Assembly: GCA_965223845.1 (NCBI GenBank)
Contig: CBDCXR010000004.1
Span: 800,001 to 864,000 of the forward strand
Source: Planctomycetota bacterium
Lineage (GTDB): Bacteria > Planctomycetota > UBA8108 > SXIK01
Length of the DNA: 64,000 nucleotides
Direction of reading: 5' to 3'
Position 1 is the stretch's first letter; each line of letters begins with the position of its first letter. The position numbers and the translations under genes were made by a program. This document shows, in pieces, positions 9,201 to 18,039 of this stretch. Under the pieces are notes generated by a model that was not told the DNA's origin, did not search any database, and saw nothing but the letters and a program-made list of their open reading frames with translations.

Positions 9201-10660
9201 GCCGGCCGCGCGCGCCGTACTCGCCGTACGAAGTCGACCCCGGGATCGAGAAGCTCGAGGCACTCCGAGAACTCGCCGACGGGCGCGGTGAGCGTCTCGT
9301 CGCGGCTCTCGCGAGCGACGATCCGTTCGAGCGTCAAGCCGCGGGTGTCGCGCTCGCGCGTCCTGAGTTCCGAGCGATTCGCACCGCGGCGCTCCGCGAC
9401 TCGAGCGCGCGAGTTCGGCTCGGCGCACTTCTCGCGGCGCGTCGCTCGGTCGCCGAAGACCGCACCGACGCGCTGAAGGACGCGCTCCGAGATCCCGATG
9501 TCGACGTGCGCCGCGCGGCGCTCATGTGGGCCGGAGAGGAGACTCGCGCCGACCTTCGCGGCGAGCTCGCGTCTGCGATCGCACGTCCGGACGTGACGCC
9601 GGATCTCTTCGCATGCTATCTCGCCGCGGTCGAAAGCCTCGATCCGGAGTTTGTCGCCGCGTATCGGAGCCAGTCGACGGACTCGGCGATGTCTCTCGAG
9701 AGGCGACTCGACCCGAATCTCGTTGAGGACTTGGTGCGCGACGTCGATCGATCCGATGCGGTCCGGGCGCTCGCGATTCGGCATCTCGGAAACGAGTCGC
9801 GTGATTTCACTGTCCTCTTCGAGCTCGCGACGGTAGCTCCTCCCGCCGTCCGGCTCTCGGCGATCGAGAAGCTGCGATGGGTGGCAAACGAGAATGCGAA
9901 GGATTTGCTCCTTCTCGTCGCCGAGGACGAACAATCTCCGACTGACCTTCGCGTCGCGGCGATCTCGTCGCTTTCGTGGCACCCTCCGCTCGATTCGACG
10001 TCGATGCTTCCGCTCGCGGACAGTCGCGACCCCGCGATCGCGCTCGCGGTGGTCCGCGCTCTCGCATCTAGTGCGGACGTAGATTCTGTCCGCGCGGCTT
10101 TGCGGGGGTTTCGCTCGCGCGAGTCGCAGGCGGACGGCGGGCGCATAGCGGAATTGATCGACCTCGTTCTCGGAGAGCCGAGAGGCGCCTCGCGTCGTCC
10201 GTCGACCGTCGAAGAATGGAACGGCGTCCTCGCGGAGGGAGGAAGCCCCGAGATCGGTCGGCGAGTCTTTCATTCGCCGCAGGCGAGTTGCGCGCGTTGC
10301 CATTCGACGGACGGTACGAGAGACCAGCTGGGTCCGAGCCTCGAGAATCTCGGACGAACGATGCGCCGCGAGCGCATGATTCAGTCGATCCTCGAGCCTT
10401 CCCGGGAGTTCGCTCCGCAGTACATGGCCTGGACCGTGGTCACCGTCGACGGTCGCGTCGCGAGCGGCGTCCAGCTCGATCACAAGGCCGGCGGAGCGAT
10501 CGAGATGTTCACCGTCGACGGCAAGACGGTGCGGTTCGAAGCAGACGAGATCCTTCGGTACGAAGTGTCGCGCCGCTCGCTCATGCCCGATGACCTGGAG
10601 AGCACGCTCACTGTGAGCGATCTTCGCGACCTCGTCGCCTATCTGGAGTCCCTCCGATGA
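6296..10660 (+). CDS. Fusion of a formylglycine-dependent sulfatase and a PVC-type heme-binding (membrane-bound dehydrogenase-like propeller/HEAT/CxxCH) protein
   Basis: Signal peptide after GTG 6296 (frame open from 6221); PNIIVIFTDDHGY, CVPSRAGLLTGRY, GKWHLG; then LRVFAEDPEIVTP propeller, GFWNPF, HEAT repeats, CARCH...GPSL...SILEPS...SLMP. Confidence 0.85.
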   Translation: MPFSLRPIVCVLGAFSAILSSVEAEERPNIIVIFTDDHGYADLSCQEILDDVRTPHIDALAAGGVRMKSGYVTAPQCVPSRAGLLTGRYQNRFGVESNRKPLDGFRAERTVAERLKAAGYATGMVGKWHLGRPQEIVEHGFDDVFYQGGSWTNFDLDGASVEPGTRVNGPYHLDAKSAAARAFIARHHDEPFFLYVAYRAPHVPLDAPKKYLDRFPGEMPERRRQALAMLSAVDDGVGGIVASIRKFGVEERTLIFFIGDNGAPLKIHRVDAPGGGPGWDGSRNDPLNGEKGMLSEGGIRVPFVVSWKGQIPPGQIYDHPVISLDVAATAIAQAGLPRDPALDGVDLVPFLDGTRSSAPHATIYWRWISQAAIREGRWKFLRAGAREYLFDLEADRGEKTNRAKAHPEIARRMRTKLEAWSSELKPPGLATAALASTWEQYFDHYLDGKPAPRPRPRPRSERARKFPRSRDAEIGGWIARNTIARLVDGALRTRARLGPGGRTPFVTRAGLDLPAAVTVRVRLRTAKGGAFALAWREQGQRDFPSGQRASVECEASDEFVTHSVSLAGEKKIIHLRLFLPVGGADIRTIEVLDPGGERLESWRFAEASVQVRDPRLELRVFAEDPEIVTPIGLTVDDRDRVFVIESHTHLRPPDYAGPEADRVKILVDRDRDGRADEVSVFARGLREAMNLSFSPEGVLYVVCAREVIALYDRDGDSVSDDRERILSLETTMRYPHNSLLSLAFSNDGWLYVGRGNVGGRRFSYRGTDGTSIDGYGDGGDVIRCRPDGTKLERFATGFWNPFDLTFDHTGRLLLVDNDPDARGPNRLLHVVQNGDYGYKSLYGGGGNHPFQGWDGSLPGTLPMIAGTGEAPSGVLNGRRAALPPDLADDVLVTIWNEYTIERFETKTSGASIAAQSSILVSGGTDFRPVALDADRRGDVFISDWVNVDYPNHGRGRVWRLSVKDGEERSRPRAPYSPYEVDPGIEKLEALRELADGRGERLVAALASDDPFERQAAGVALARPEFRAIRTAALRDSSARVRLGALLAARRSVAEDRTDALKDALRDPDVDVRRAALMWAGEETRADLRGELASAIARPDVTPDLFACYLAAVESLDPEFVAAYRSQSTDSAMSLERRLDPNLVEDLVRDVDRSDAVRALAIRHLGNESRDFTVLFELATVAPPAVRLSAIEKLRWVANENAKDLLLLVAEDEQSPTDLRVAAISSLSWHPPLDSTSMLPLADSRDPAIALAVVRALASSADVDSVRAALRGFRSRESQADGGRIAELIDLVLGEPRGASRRPSTVEEWNGVLAEGGSPEIGRRVFHSPQASCARCHSTDGTRDQLGPSLENLGRTMRRERMIQSILEPSREFAPQYMAWTVVTVDGRVASGVQLDHKAGGAIEMFTVDGKTVRFEADEILRYEVSRRSLMPDDLESTLTVSDLRDLVAYLESLR

Positions 10661-12783
10661 CTGGGTTTCCCAAGCGAATCGTGTCGTCCGTAGTCGCGGT
10701 GATCGTACTCTTCTCGCTCCCGATTCTGCGCGGGGACGAGTCGACGCGCAGTTCGAGTGCCCTTGGCGCGCGCTACGACGTCGTCGTTTACGGCGGCACT
10801 TCGGCAGCGATCGCCGCGGCGGTTCAAGCGAAGCGGATGGGAAAGTCCGTCGCCGTGGTGAGCCCGGATCGACATCTCGGTGGGCTGTCTTCCGGCGGGC
10901 TCGGATTCACGGACACCGGCGACAAATCGGTCATCGGCGGAATCGCCCGCGAGTTTTACCACCGCGTGTGGCGGCACTACCGGCAGCCGAGCGCGTGGAA
11001 GTGGGAAAAGCGGTCGGAGTACGGGAACCGTGGGCAAGGGACGCCGGCGATCGATGGTCGCGAGCGAACGATGTGGATCTTCGAGCCGCACGTGGCGGAG
11101 TCGGTGTTCGAAGCGCTCGTCACGGCGCACCAGATCGAGGTCTTTCGCGACGAATGGCTCGATCGCGAGGGCGGCGTCGCAAAGCGTGGAACTCGCATCG
11201 AGCAGATTACGACGCTGAGCGGCAAGACCTTCGCCGGAGCGATGTTCATCGATGCGACGTACGAGGGCGATCTACTCGCTGCGGCGGGCGTGAGCTACTT
11301 TGTGGGTCGCGAGTCCAACGACAAGTACGGGGAAACTCTCAACGGGGTCCAAATCGAGAACGCCCGGAAGCATCAATTCACGGCGCCGATCGACCCCTAC
11401 GTCGTTCCTGGCGATCCGTCATCGGGGCTTCTGCCGCGTGTCCACGGCGATGATCCGGGTCGGCAGGGTGAGGGCGATCGCCGCATCCAGGCGTACAACT
11501 ATCGCGTTTGTCTGACCAAGGTTCCGGCGAACCGCGTCCCGTTCGCGAAGCCTGACGGTTACGAACCGAGGGAATACGAGATTCTCTTGCGTACGCTGGA
11601 AGCGGGGTCGTGGCACATCGCCGGCAAGTTCGATGCCATCCCGAACAAGAAGACCGACACGAACAATCACGGATCGTTCTCGACGGACAACATCGGGATG
11701 AACTACGACTACCCAGAAGCGAGCTACGCGCGCCGGCGCGAGATTCTTCGAGAGCACGAAGCTTACCAGCGGGGTTATTTCTACTTTATCGCGAACGATC
11801 CTCGCGTTCCCGACGACAAGCGAAAGTGGATGGCGCAGTGGGGGCTCGCTCGCGACGAGTTTCGCGACAACGATCACTGGCCGCACCAGATCTACGTCCG
11901 CGAGGCGAGGCGGATGGTGAGCGACTTTGTCGTCACGGAAAATCACCTCCGTGGGACGATCGCAACTCCTCGCCCCGTGGGCATGGGGTCCTACAACATG
12001 GATTCCCACAATACACAGCGCTACGTCGACGCCTCCGGGCACGTTCGCAACGAAGGCGACGTTCAGGTGAGCCCGGGCGGTCCCTACCCGATCGACTACG
12101 GCGCGATCGTTCCGCGTGCGGGCGAGTGCACGAACCTCCTCGTCCCGGTCTGCGTTTCGGCGTCGCACATCGCGTTCGGTTCGATTCGCATGGAGCCCGT
12201 GTTCATGATTCTCGGGCAATCGGCGGCAACCGCCGCGTCGCTCGCGATCGATGGAAGATCCTCCGTACAGAACGTCTCCTATGAAGCTTTGCGCGAACGA
12301 CTCACTCGCGATGGTCAAGTGCTCGTCTCGGGACGAACGCGGGCGACGATCGTGCGCATCGCTACGCTCAAAGGCGTCGTGATCGACGACGCGCAACTCG
12401 GGACCAAGAACGAATGGGTGATGAGCACGTCGGTGAGTCCGTTCGTCGAGTACGGGTACCGCCACGACGGGAACGCGCGAAAGGGGGAGCTTGCCGCGCG
12501 ATTCGCCGCGCGCGGGATCGAGTCGGGTGAGTACGACGTGCGGATCAGCTACACCGCCCACTCGAATCGAGCGACGAACGTTCCGGTCGTGATCTCACAC
12601 GCGGGGGGATCGACGAGTGTTCGTGTGAATCAGAAGCGACGACCTTCCGTCGACGGCGTGTTTCACTCGCTGGGAAGATTCCGCGTCGAAGAGGGAGGCG
12701 CCGCGTTCGTCGAGATCGGCAACGCGGGCACGGACGGCTACGTCGTGATCGACGCCGTTCAGTGGCTTCCCCTTGACGACTGA
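10657..12783 (+). CDS. FAD-dependent oxidoreductase (often annotated xanthan lyase-like) with C-terminal golvesin/CBM-like domain
   Basis: DVVVYGGTSAAIAAAVQA, FIDATYEGDL, YVREARRM, SASHIAFGSIRMEPVFM; C-terminal NRATNVPV...VNQK...YVVIDAVQW; ATGA overlap with the upstream gene. Confidence 0.85.
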   Translation: MTGFPKRIVSSVVAVIVLFSLPILRGDESTRSSSALGARYDVVVYGGTSAAIAAAVQAKRMGKSVAVVSPDRHLGGLSSGGLGFTDTGDKSVIGGIAREFYHRVWRHYRQPSAWKWEKRSEYGNRGQGTPAIDGRERTMWIFEPHVAESVFEALVTAHQIEVFRDEWLDREGGVAKRGTRIEQITTLSGKTFAGAMFIDATYEGDLLAAAGVSYFVGRESNDKYGETLNGVQIENARKHQFTAPIDPYVVPGDPSSGLLPRVHGDDPGRQGEGDRRIQAYNYRVCLTKVPANRVPFAKPDGYEPREYEILLRTLEAGSWHIAGKFDAIPNKKTDTNNHGSFSTDNIGMNYDYPEASYARRREILREHEAYQRGYFYFIANDPRVPDDKRKWMAQWGLARDEFRDNDHWPHQIYVREARRMVSDFVVTENHLRGTIATPRPVGMGSYNMDSHNTQRYVDASGHVRNEGDVQVSPGGPYPIDYGAIVPRAGECTNLLVPVCVSASHIAFGSIRMEPVFMILGQSAATAASLAIDGRSSVQNVSYEALRERLTRDGQVLVSGRTRATIVRIATLKGVVIDDAQLGTKNEWVMSTSVSPFVEYGYRHDGNARKGELAARFAARGIESGEYDVRISYTAHSNRATNVPVVISHAGGSTSVRVNQKRRPSVDGVFHSLGRFRVEEGGAAFVEIGNAGTDGYVVIDAVQWLPLDD

Positions 12784-12803
12784 TTCTTTCGTCGAGAAAG
12801 CAC

Positions 12804-14867
12804 TCAGTCGGGCGGCAGCTCGCCAGCGTCTAGGAGTGGGAGGCCGTCCCACACGCGAAATCGGTTTGCACCCCTTGCCGCCGATTGAAACGGGCCCGGA
12901 GTCGCCTTGCCGTCTCGAGGAACCGGCTGGCCGCTGAAGTCCCGATCGATTCGAGGGTGGCTCGTCGAGCCGACGGCGCGCGGGTCGAAGGGTAGATTCA
13001 CGGTCAGCTCGAGCGTCGCCGGTTCGTACGTCACGGTCATGCCCTTGAGAGCAATGCTGCCGCGGTCGTTCGTCTCTCCGTGCTTCGACCAAAAGTTGCG
13101 CCACTCGTCAAGCGTCAGCGCGACCTTTCTCCCACCGGAGAGTGGACTCGGACCTTCGTGGCCGACGTCGCGCTGTACGAGGGTGAGAAATTCTTCCGGC
13201 TCCCACGGGGATGGCTTGTCGGACGCGCTGTTCACGACGAACGATCGCTCGCCGTCCGCGGCGTCGTAGACGTTGTGGTCGAGGCGCTGCGGTCCGCTCC
13301 GATGCGCCGGATAGTTGATGTCGAGCATCACCTTGTGGCGTACGAACAGGTTGTTGTAGAGCGAGTGGTGCCCGGTTCTTGTCCGAGCCGACACTTGATA
13401 GATGTAGACCCCCTGGCCGTATTTCGCGTCCGCCGGGCTGTTCGCGAACAGATTGTGCATCACGGTCGCACCGGACGCGTCGTGGACGTAGAACTGCGCG
13501 CCGCGATTCCCGATGGATAGATTGTGATCGATGAGCGCAGCGTCGAATTTGTAGTCGCTCATCTCGAGAAAGATCCCGCGTGCGCCGTTGTTTACGACGA
13601 CGTTTCGCGTTACGCGAGTGCCCGGAAATTGATTGTCCAGCCAGATTCCGTCGGAACCGGGGTTGTCGGCGACGTAGTTTTGCTCGATCAGTCCATCCCG
13701 AACTCCGTGGCATTTGATGCCGGCGTGCTCCCAGCGTTTCGGGCCACCGAAGCGGAGAGTGTTGTTTCGCAGGATCACGTTCTTTCGGACGATCAGGCTG
13801 GAGCTCTCAGCGCCGACGATTCCGGCCGAGCCGTTGTCGACGATGTAGTTCTGCTCGATCACGTTGCTCCGGCCTAGGTGTCCGCCGCTTTCTCGACGGC
13901 TTTCGCGCTCGTTGTCGCCGCCGCCTGCTCCCATGTCGAGCGCAACCGTGTTCGCGTATCGGATGACGTTCTGACGCACGATCCAGTGGTGTCCACCGCG
14001 GAGACCGAGCGCTCCCGCCTGCGCCCACTCCGGTGTCCGCCAGAAATTCGTCGGGTACTGATTCCCGCAGTGCTCGAGCACGAAGCCTTCGATGACGATG
14101 TGCCCCAAGCCGAGGACATGAGGTGCGAACACGCGCCGGCGCGTGGTGATTTCAATCGCGCTTCGCGTGGGATCGCGCCCGCCGAAGTTGGCGTAGATAC
14201 GATCGGACCCACCATCGCTCCTCGAGACGAAGGCCCAAGTTTCCGGCTCGCTCTCGACTTCGCTCAGGAACGGCCGCTGAGTCCACGGCTCGCCGTCGAC
14301 GATCAGCTGACCACAAGTGAACGACAAACTCGGATCGCCGCGGTCGAATCGTTCCACCTCGGGTTTGCCGTCGCGACCGTACGGTGTCGAGGCCAACTCG
14401 ACGTGAAACGGATTCGCGCTGTCTCGATAGACGTCGTCGACGAACTTGGCGTCGTCGAGCGGTGCGACGAACACTGTCCTCGCGTGACGATTCCAATCGG
14501 GTCGCCACTCGTCCGATCCGCGGATGAAGACCGTTCCGAGCTTCTCCCCGCGGTACGTGATGGGCATCCCCGGTTGGCCGCCGCGCGGCGGGGCGACCCG
14601 CTCGCGATAGATCCCCGCGCGCACGAGAACAACGTCTCCCGGCATGGCTCGTTCCGCGGCGCGCGAGATCGTGCGAAGGGGGCGCCCGGCCGTTCCCGGC
14701 GCGTCGTCACTGCCGTCCGGCGAAACGAAGATCGTCCGGCCGAGCGAAGTCGCGGGGAAGAAGAGGCTCAAGGCGATTGCGGCGGCCTCCACCGCCGCAA
14801 TCGCCTTGAGCGCCACGCGATCTCTCGTTCGAACGAGCGCGAAACGCTCGAGGAGGACGCGAGCCAC
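12804..14867 (-). CDS. Secreted right-handed beta-helix protein (DUF1565 / GH120-like)
   Basis: IFVSPDGSDDAPGT..RPLRTISRAA...PGDVVLVRAGIYRERV; WEHAGIKCH, GIWLDN, GIFLEMS; GTG start overlaps the upstream TAG. Confidence 0.75.
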   Translation of the reverse strand: MARVLLERFALVRTRDRVALKAIAAVEAAAIALSLFFPATSLGRTIFVSPDGSDDAPGTAGRPLRTISRAAERAMPGDVVLVRAGIYRERVAPPRGGQPGMPITYRGEKLGTVFIRGSDEWRPDWNRHARTVFVAPLDDAKFVDDVYRDSANPFHVELASTPYGRDGKPEVERFDRGDPSLSFTCGQLIVDGEPWTQRPFLSEVESEPETWAFVSRSDGGSDRIYANFGGRDPTRSAIEITTRRRVFAPHVLGLGHIVIEGFVLEHCGNQYPTNFWRTPEWAQAGALGLRGGHHWIVRQNVIRYANTVALDMGAGGGDNERESRRESGGHLGRSNVIEQNYIVDNGSAGIVGAESSSLIVRKNVILRNNTLRFGGPKRWEHAGIKCHGVRDGLIEQNYVADNPGSDGIWLDNQFPGTRVTRNVVVNNGARGIFLEMSDYKFDAALIDHNLSIGNRGAQFYVHDASGATVMHNLFANSPADAKYGQGVYIYQVSARTRTGHHSLYNNLFVRHKVMLDINYPAHRSGPQRLDHNVYDAADGERSFVVNSASDKPSPWEPEEFLTLVQRDVGHEGPSPLSGGRKVALTLDEWRNFWSKHGETNDRGSIALKGMTVTYEPATLELTVNLPFDPRAVGSTSHPRIDRDFSGQPVPRDGKATPGPFQSAARGANRFRVWDGLPLLDAGELPPD

Positions 14868-16243
14868 TAAAACCGCGCCACCTTCCGATTCAGTCCATCG
14901 AACGTCCGCCGGCCCTTCTTGAGCGCGGCCGTAAACGCTACGACGAACTTGTCGTAGCGCTTTGCCGATTCACGGGAGATCCCGAGATCATCGGCTTCCT
15001 CTCGCCACTTCGCCATCCGCTCTAGAAACTTGCGGTCCTCGCACTCGTGGTGAAGGAACCCCTTCTCGATCGCGGAGATACCCTCGTCGAACGCCTTTCT
15101 CTCGTCGCCGGATCGGTTCGCGTCGTAGTGGGCTCTCAAATGAGCGATCGCGTCCTTCTTGTGACGTTCGAGCACTTTCGAGAGCTTCTTTGCGAACTCG
15201 TCGGCGCGCGGCGTTCCGCTGAAGGCGCGGAGGAAAAGGGGAAGATGACCGGCCCATTCCTTGCCGTCGAACGCGCCGCGCCGATTCTTCCCGATCGATT
15301 TCTTGAGCGCCGAGACGTGCGCGGACACGAGCTTGTCGATCGCCTGGATCGCCTTTGCAGCGCGTTTTCGCAGCTTCGCCGGCGCGCCTTCGGTTTTCGC
15401 GATCCTCTGTGCGAGCGTGTGCGTGGCTTCGAAATCGTGCTTGGTCTTGTCCTTGACCGCTAGGAGCACGCTGAAGCTCGCGCCGAGACGCTCGAGATCC
15501 GTCGTGGTCATTCCCTCGCACCACGCGAGCTGCTGCGAGGTGTGGGGGACCGGACCGTTGTGCTCCGCGGGCCAATGATTCCAGCCCTCGAGGCTCCGGA
15601 GCCGCACGACGGGGTAGCCGGCGTCTCGAAACGACGTGTAGCCGCCGACGCTTTGAAAGTAGGGGATCACGGGATCCTGAGTCCCGTGAAGAAGTACGAT
15701 GGCTTGCTTGCGCGCCTCGTTCGGCTGCTTCGTCCAGTTCCACACGCCGCTCGCGTGCCCGACGATCCCTTGGACCTCCTCGGGATACGCCCCGGCGTAA
15801 TGGAAGGCGAAGAACGACCCTTGGCTGTGCCCGTAGATCAGCGTCGCCCGAATCTTGAGCGCGGCCTTGAGCTCTCCGTGAAGAGCGTGAAGGCGCTCGA
15901 GGTCGGCCGGCTTCCCGAGAAAGTTGAACCCGCCCCGGCCGTTCGGCGTCGTCCCGTCGGGACTGACCACGATGTCGTCGGGGCGAAACGAATTCGGGCG
16001 GTGGTTCGCGAACCCCCAATGCCGGCTGAGATTCGATCCGTGAAGAACGAACGTGAGCGTGGCGCCGGTCTTCGGGTTGTACCGCTTTGGAAGCCGGTAG
16101 ACGTAGTCGAGTCCGTTCCCGGCGGTCCATTCGTACGGACCGCCTTTCGCTTTTCCGAACTCTTTCCTCGGAAACTTCGCCTCGGCGACCGTCGCGATAC
16201 CGCCGACGACGCACATCGTCGCGATCAGAATCCTTCTCGTCAT
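14867..16243 (-). CDS. Secreted alpha/beta-hydrolase (esterase-like) with helical C-terminal extension
   Basis: GGAGG RBS and ATG 16243; signal peptide; VLHGS, GHSQGS nucleophile elbow, HGTQDPVIP, WNHW. Confidence 0.7.
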   Translation of the reverse strand: MTRRILIATMCVVGGIATVAEAKFPRKEFGKAKGGPYEWTAGNGLDYVYRLPKRYNPKTGATLTFVLHGSNLSRHWGFANHRPNSFRPDDIVVSPDGTTPNGRGGFNFLGKPADLERLHALHGELKAALKIRATLIYGHSQGSFFAFHYAGAYPEEVQGIVGHASGVWNWTKQPNEARKQAIVLLHGTQDPVIPYFQSVGGYTSFRDAGYPVVRLRSLEGWNHWPAEHNGPVPHTSQQLAWCEGMTTTDLERLGASFSVLLAVKDKTKHDFEATHTLAQRIAKTEGAPAKLRKRAAKAIQAIDKLVSAHVSALKKSIGKNRRGAFDGKEWAGHLPLFLRAFSGTPRADEFAKKLSKVLERHKKDAIAHLRAHYDANRSGDERKAFDEGISAIEKGFLHHECEDRKFLERMAKWREEADDLGISRESAKRYDKFVVAFTAALKKGRRTFDGLNRKVARF

Positions 16244-16512
16244 GAAGCCTCCGAAACTGCGGCGCAGCTGACCTCGTTCTCTCAATCGCTTGGTCATTCT
16301 CGACGGGGAATGAGGCGAGCGCAACTTGCGGATCGGGGACGAATCGGCGGATTCCGATTTTTCTCCTAATCTACCGCGTCGTGCGTGCGTCCAGGCTGGG
16401 GAGCGGTCTTCGACGGACGGCACCATCGACGATGGTTCGAACGCCATGGTCCTCGAGGTGCGCCGAGCGGTGCGAGAGTGCTTTTCTCGAACGAGTGCAA
16501 TGAGAGGTCAAG

Positions 16513-17571
16513 ATGTTCAATGTCGATCGGTTTCTGTTCGCAGGCGGGGCACTCGTATTCGGCGTCTGCACGCTCGGGGCGCAGACCACCGAGCCCACGT
16601 CCCTCGAGGCGGCGATTCGCGCGGTGAATCGCGAGGCTCGAGCCCACACGCGCGGGCGCAGGGAGGCACCGATCACGGTGAAGGAAGTCCTCGACCGCGT
16701 TCGCGATCAGATCGCTGCGCGAAAGCCGACCGGCGGAGATCGAGCCCTCCTCCGGCAAATCGAGACCGCGCAGCAGCTTCCGCCTCGCGCCAGCTTCCGT
16801 ATCGTCACGCGTTTCGACGACGGCGAGAAGCTGAACGAGGTGTGGTGGGTGCGCATCGTTCTCGAGCGCGAAGGCGGTGGCGTTCAGACCGTCCCGATTC
16901 GCCAGAAGACGCTCTACTCTCGACCCTATACGCAACTCGAGCGCGCCTTCAAAAAGCGCTGGGGAGAGCGGATGCCGGTCCTCAATCGACTCTCCGCGTA
17001 CTTCGGCGACGAGCCGGGCTTCGGTGCCGAGACGAAGATCGACGAAGCCGCGGCGAGAGAGCTCGTCGGAGCTGTTCGCTCTGCGGTCGCGAGCGGTGAC
17101 CTCGGCGCGCTCGTCGCACTCCATCGGTGGGGGAGAGCGACGAAGGAGCTGCAGACGTTCGCCGTCAGTGAGATGCGTGAGCTGATCGAGACGAAGATCG
17201 CCTCGCTTCGGGTCGTACCGCGTCGCCACCGCGGAGACCTCGAGCACTTTCAAGCATTCAAGACGTTCGAGACGACCTTACCGCACGTGGGATACCTCGA
17301 AGTCTCAGTCGCGCCGACGGCCGGCTCCGACCGCGGGCGATCGCTTTTCTTCGAGATCGGCGCCGAAGAAGGAACGCTTCGCCTACTTTCCTATACTGAA
17401 CATTCCTCCGAACGTGTTCGCGAGCTCGCCCCCGTAGCGACCGAATCTCACCTGGAGCCGCTCGACGGTGGGTTCTACAATGTGTGGTCGACGACTCGTC
17501 CACGGCGAACGCCCCTTCTGTCGGCGCGCTTGGCGCATGAGGAAGTGCGCCGCATCGCCGTGAAAAACTAG
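16513..17571 (+). CDS. Hypothetical exported protein
   Basis: 352-aa ORF, GAGG RBS, signal-like N-terminus, host-like codon usage; no motif recognised. Confidence 0.6.
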   Translation: MFNVDRFLFAGGALVFGVCTLGAQTTEPTSLEAAIRAVNREARAHTRGRREAPITVKEVLDRVRDQIAARKPTGGDRALLRQIETAQQLPPRASFRIVTRFDDGEKLNEVWWVRIVLEREGGGVQTVPIRQKTLYSRPYTQLERAFKKRWGERMPVLNRLSAYFGDEPGFGAETKIDEAAARELVGAVRSAVASGDLGALVALHRWGRATKELQTFAVSEMRELIETKIASLRVVPRRHRGDLEHFQAFKTFETTLPHVGYLEVSVAPTAGSDRGRSLFFEIGAEEGTLRLLSYTEHSSERVRELAPVATESHLEPLDGGFYNVWSTTRPRRTPLLSARLAHEEVRRIAVKN

Positions 17572-17610
17572 GCCTCCGGCGGCCTCGGAATTGTTCGGAG
17601 AGGTTCCATC

Positions 17611-17991
17611 ATGGCACGAGCCGAAGCGAGACGATGGGTGTTCGTGACGGCGGGTCTCGTCGCCATTCTCGTGCTCGTCGGGTTCGGATCCGCGCTCTTT
17701 CAGCAGCGAACCGCCCCGGAGACTCCGGCGCCCGTCGAGTCGACCCGCGACGTGAAGGTGGTCCATATCGTCCCGATCCACTTCGCTTCGGCGGACTCCA
17801 TCGCGCGCGCCGTGCGCGACGAGTTCTTGCGCTCAAGCGGAGACGAGGCCAGAACGCCGTCGAGCGAGCTGACGATCGAGTCGGATCCGAAGACGAATAC
17901 CCTCCTTCTTCAGGCGAGCGCCGATGAGATCGACTCGATCCTCCAGCGGATCGAGACGCTCGACGCGCTCGAGCGGGTAGATCGCGGTTGA
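17611..17991 (+). CDS. Small membrane-anchored protein with one secretin N-terminal (NolW-like) domain
   Basis: N-terminal TM helix; IVPIHFASADSIARAV...LTIESDPKTNTLLLQASADEIDSILQRIETLD. Confidence 0.7.
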   Translation: MARAEARRWVFVTAGLVAILVLVGFGSALFQQRTAPETPAPVESTRDVKVVHIVPIHFASADSIARAVRDEFLRSSGDEARTPSSELTIESDPKTNTLLLQASADEIDSILQRIETLDALERVDRG

Positions 17992-18039
17992 GCGACGCGC
18001 CCTCTCTTTCTTTATGGGGGAAGCGAGACAGGACTCGGA

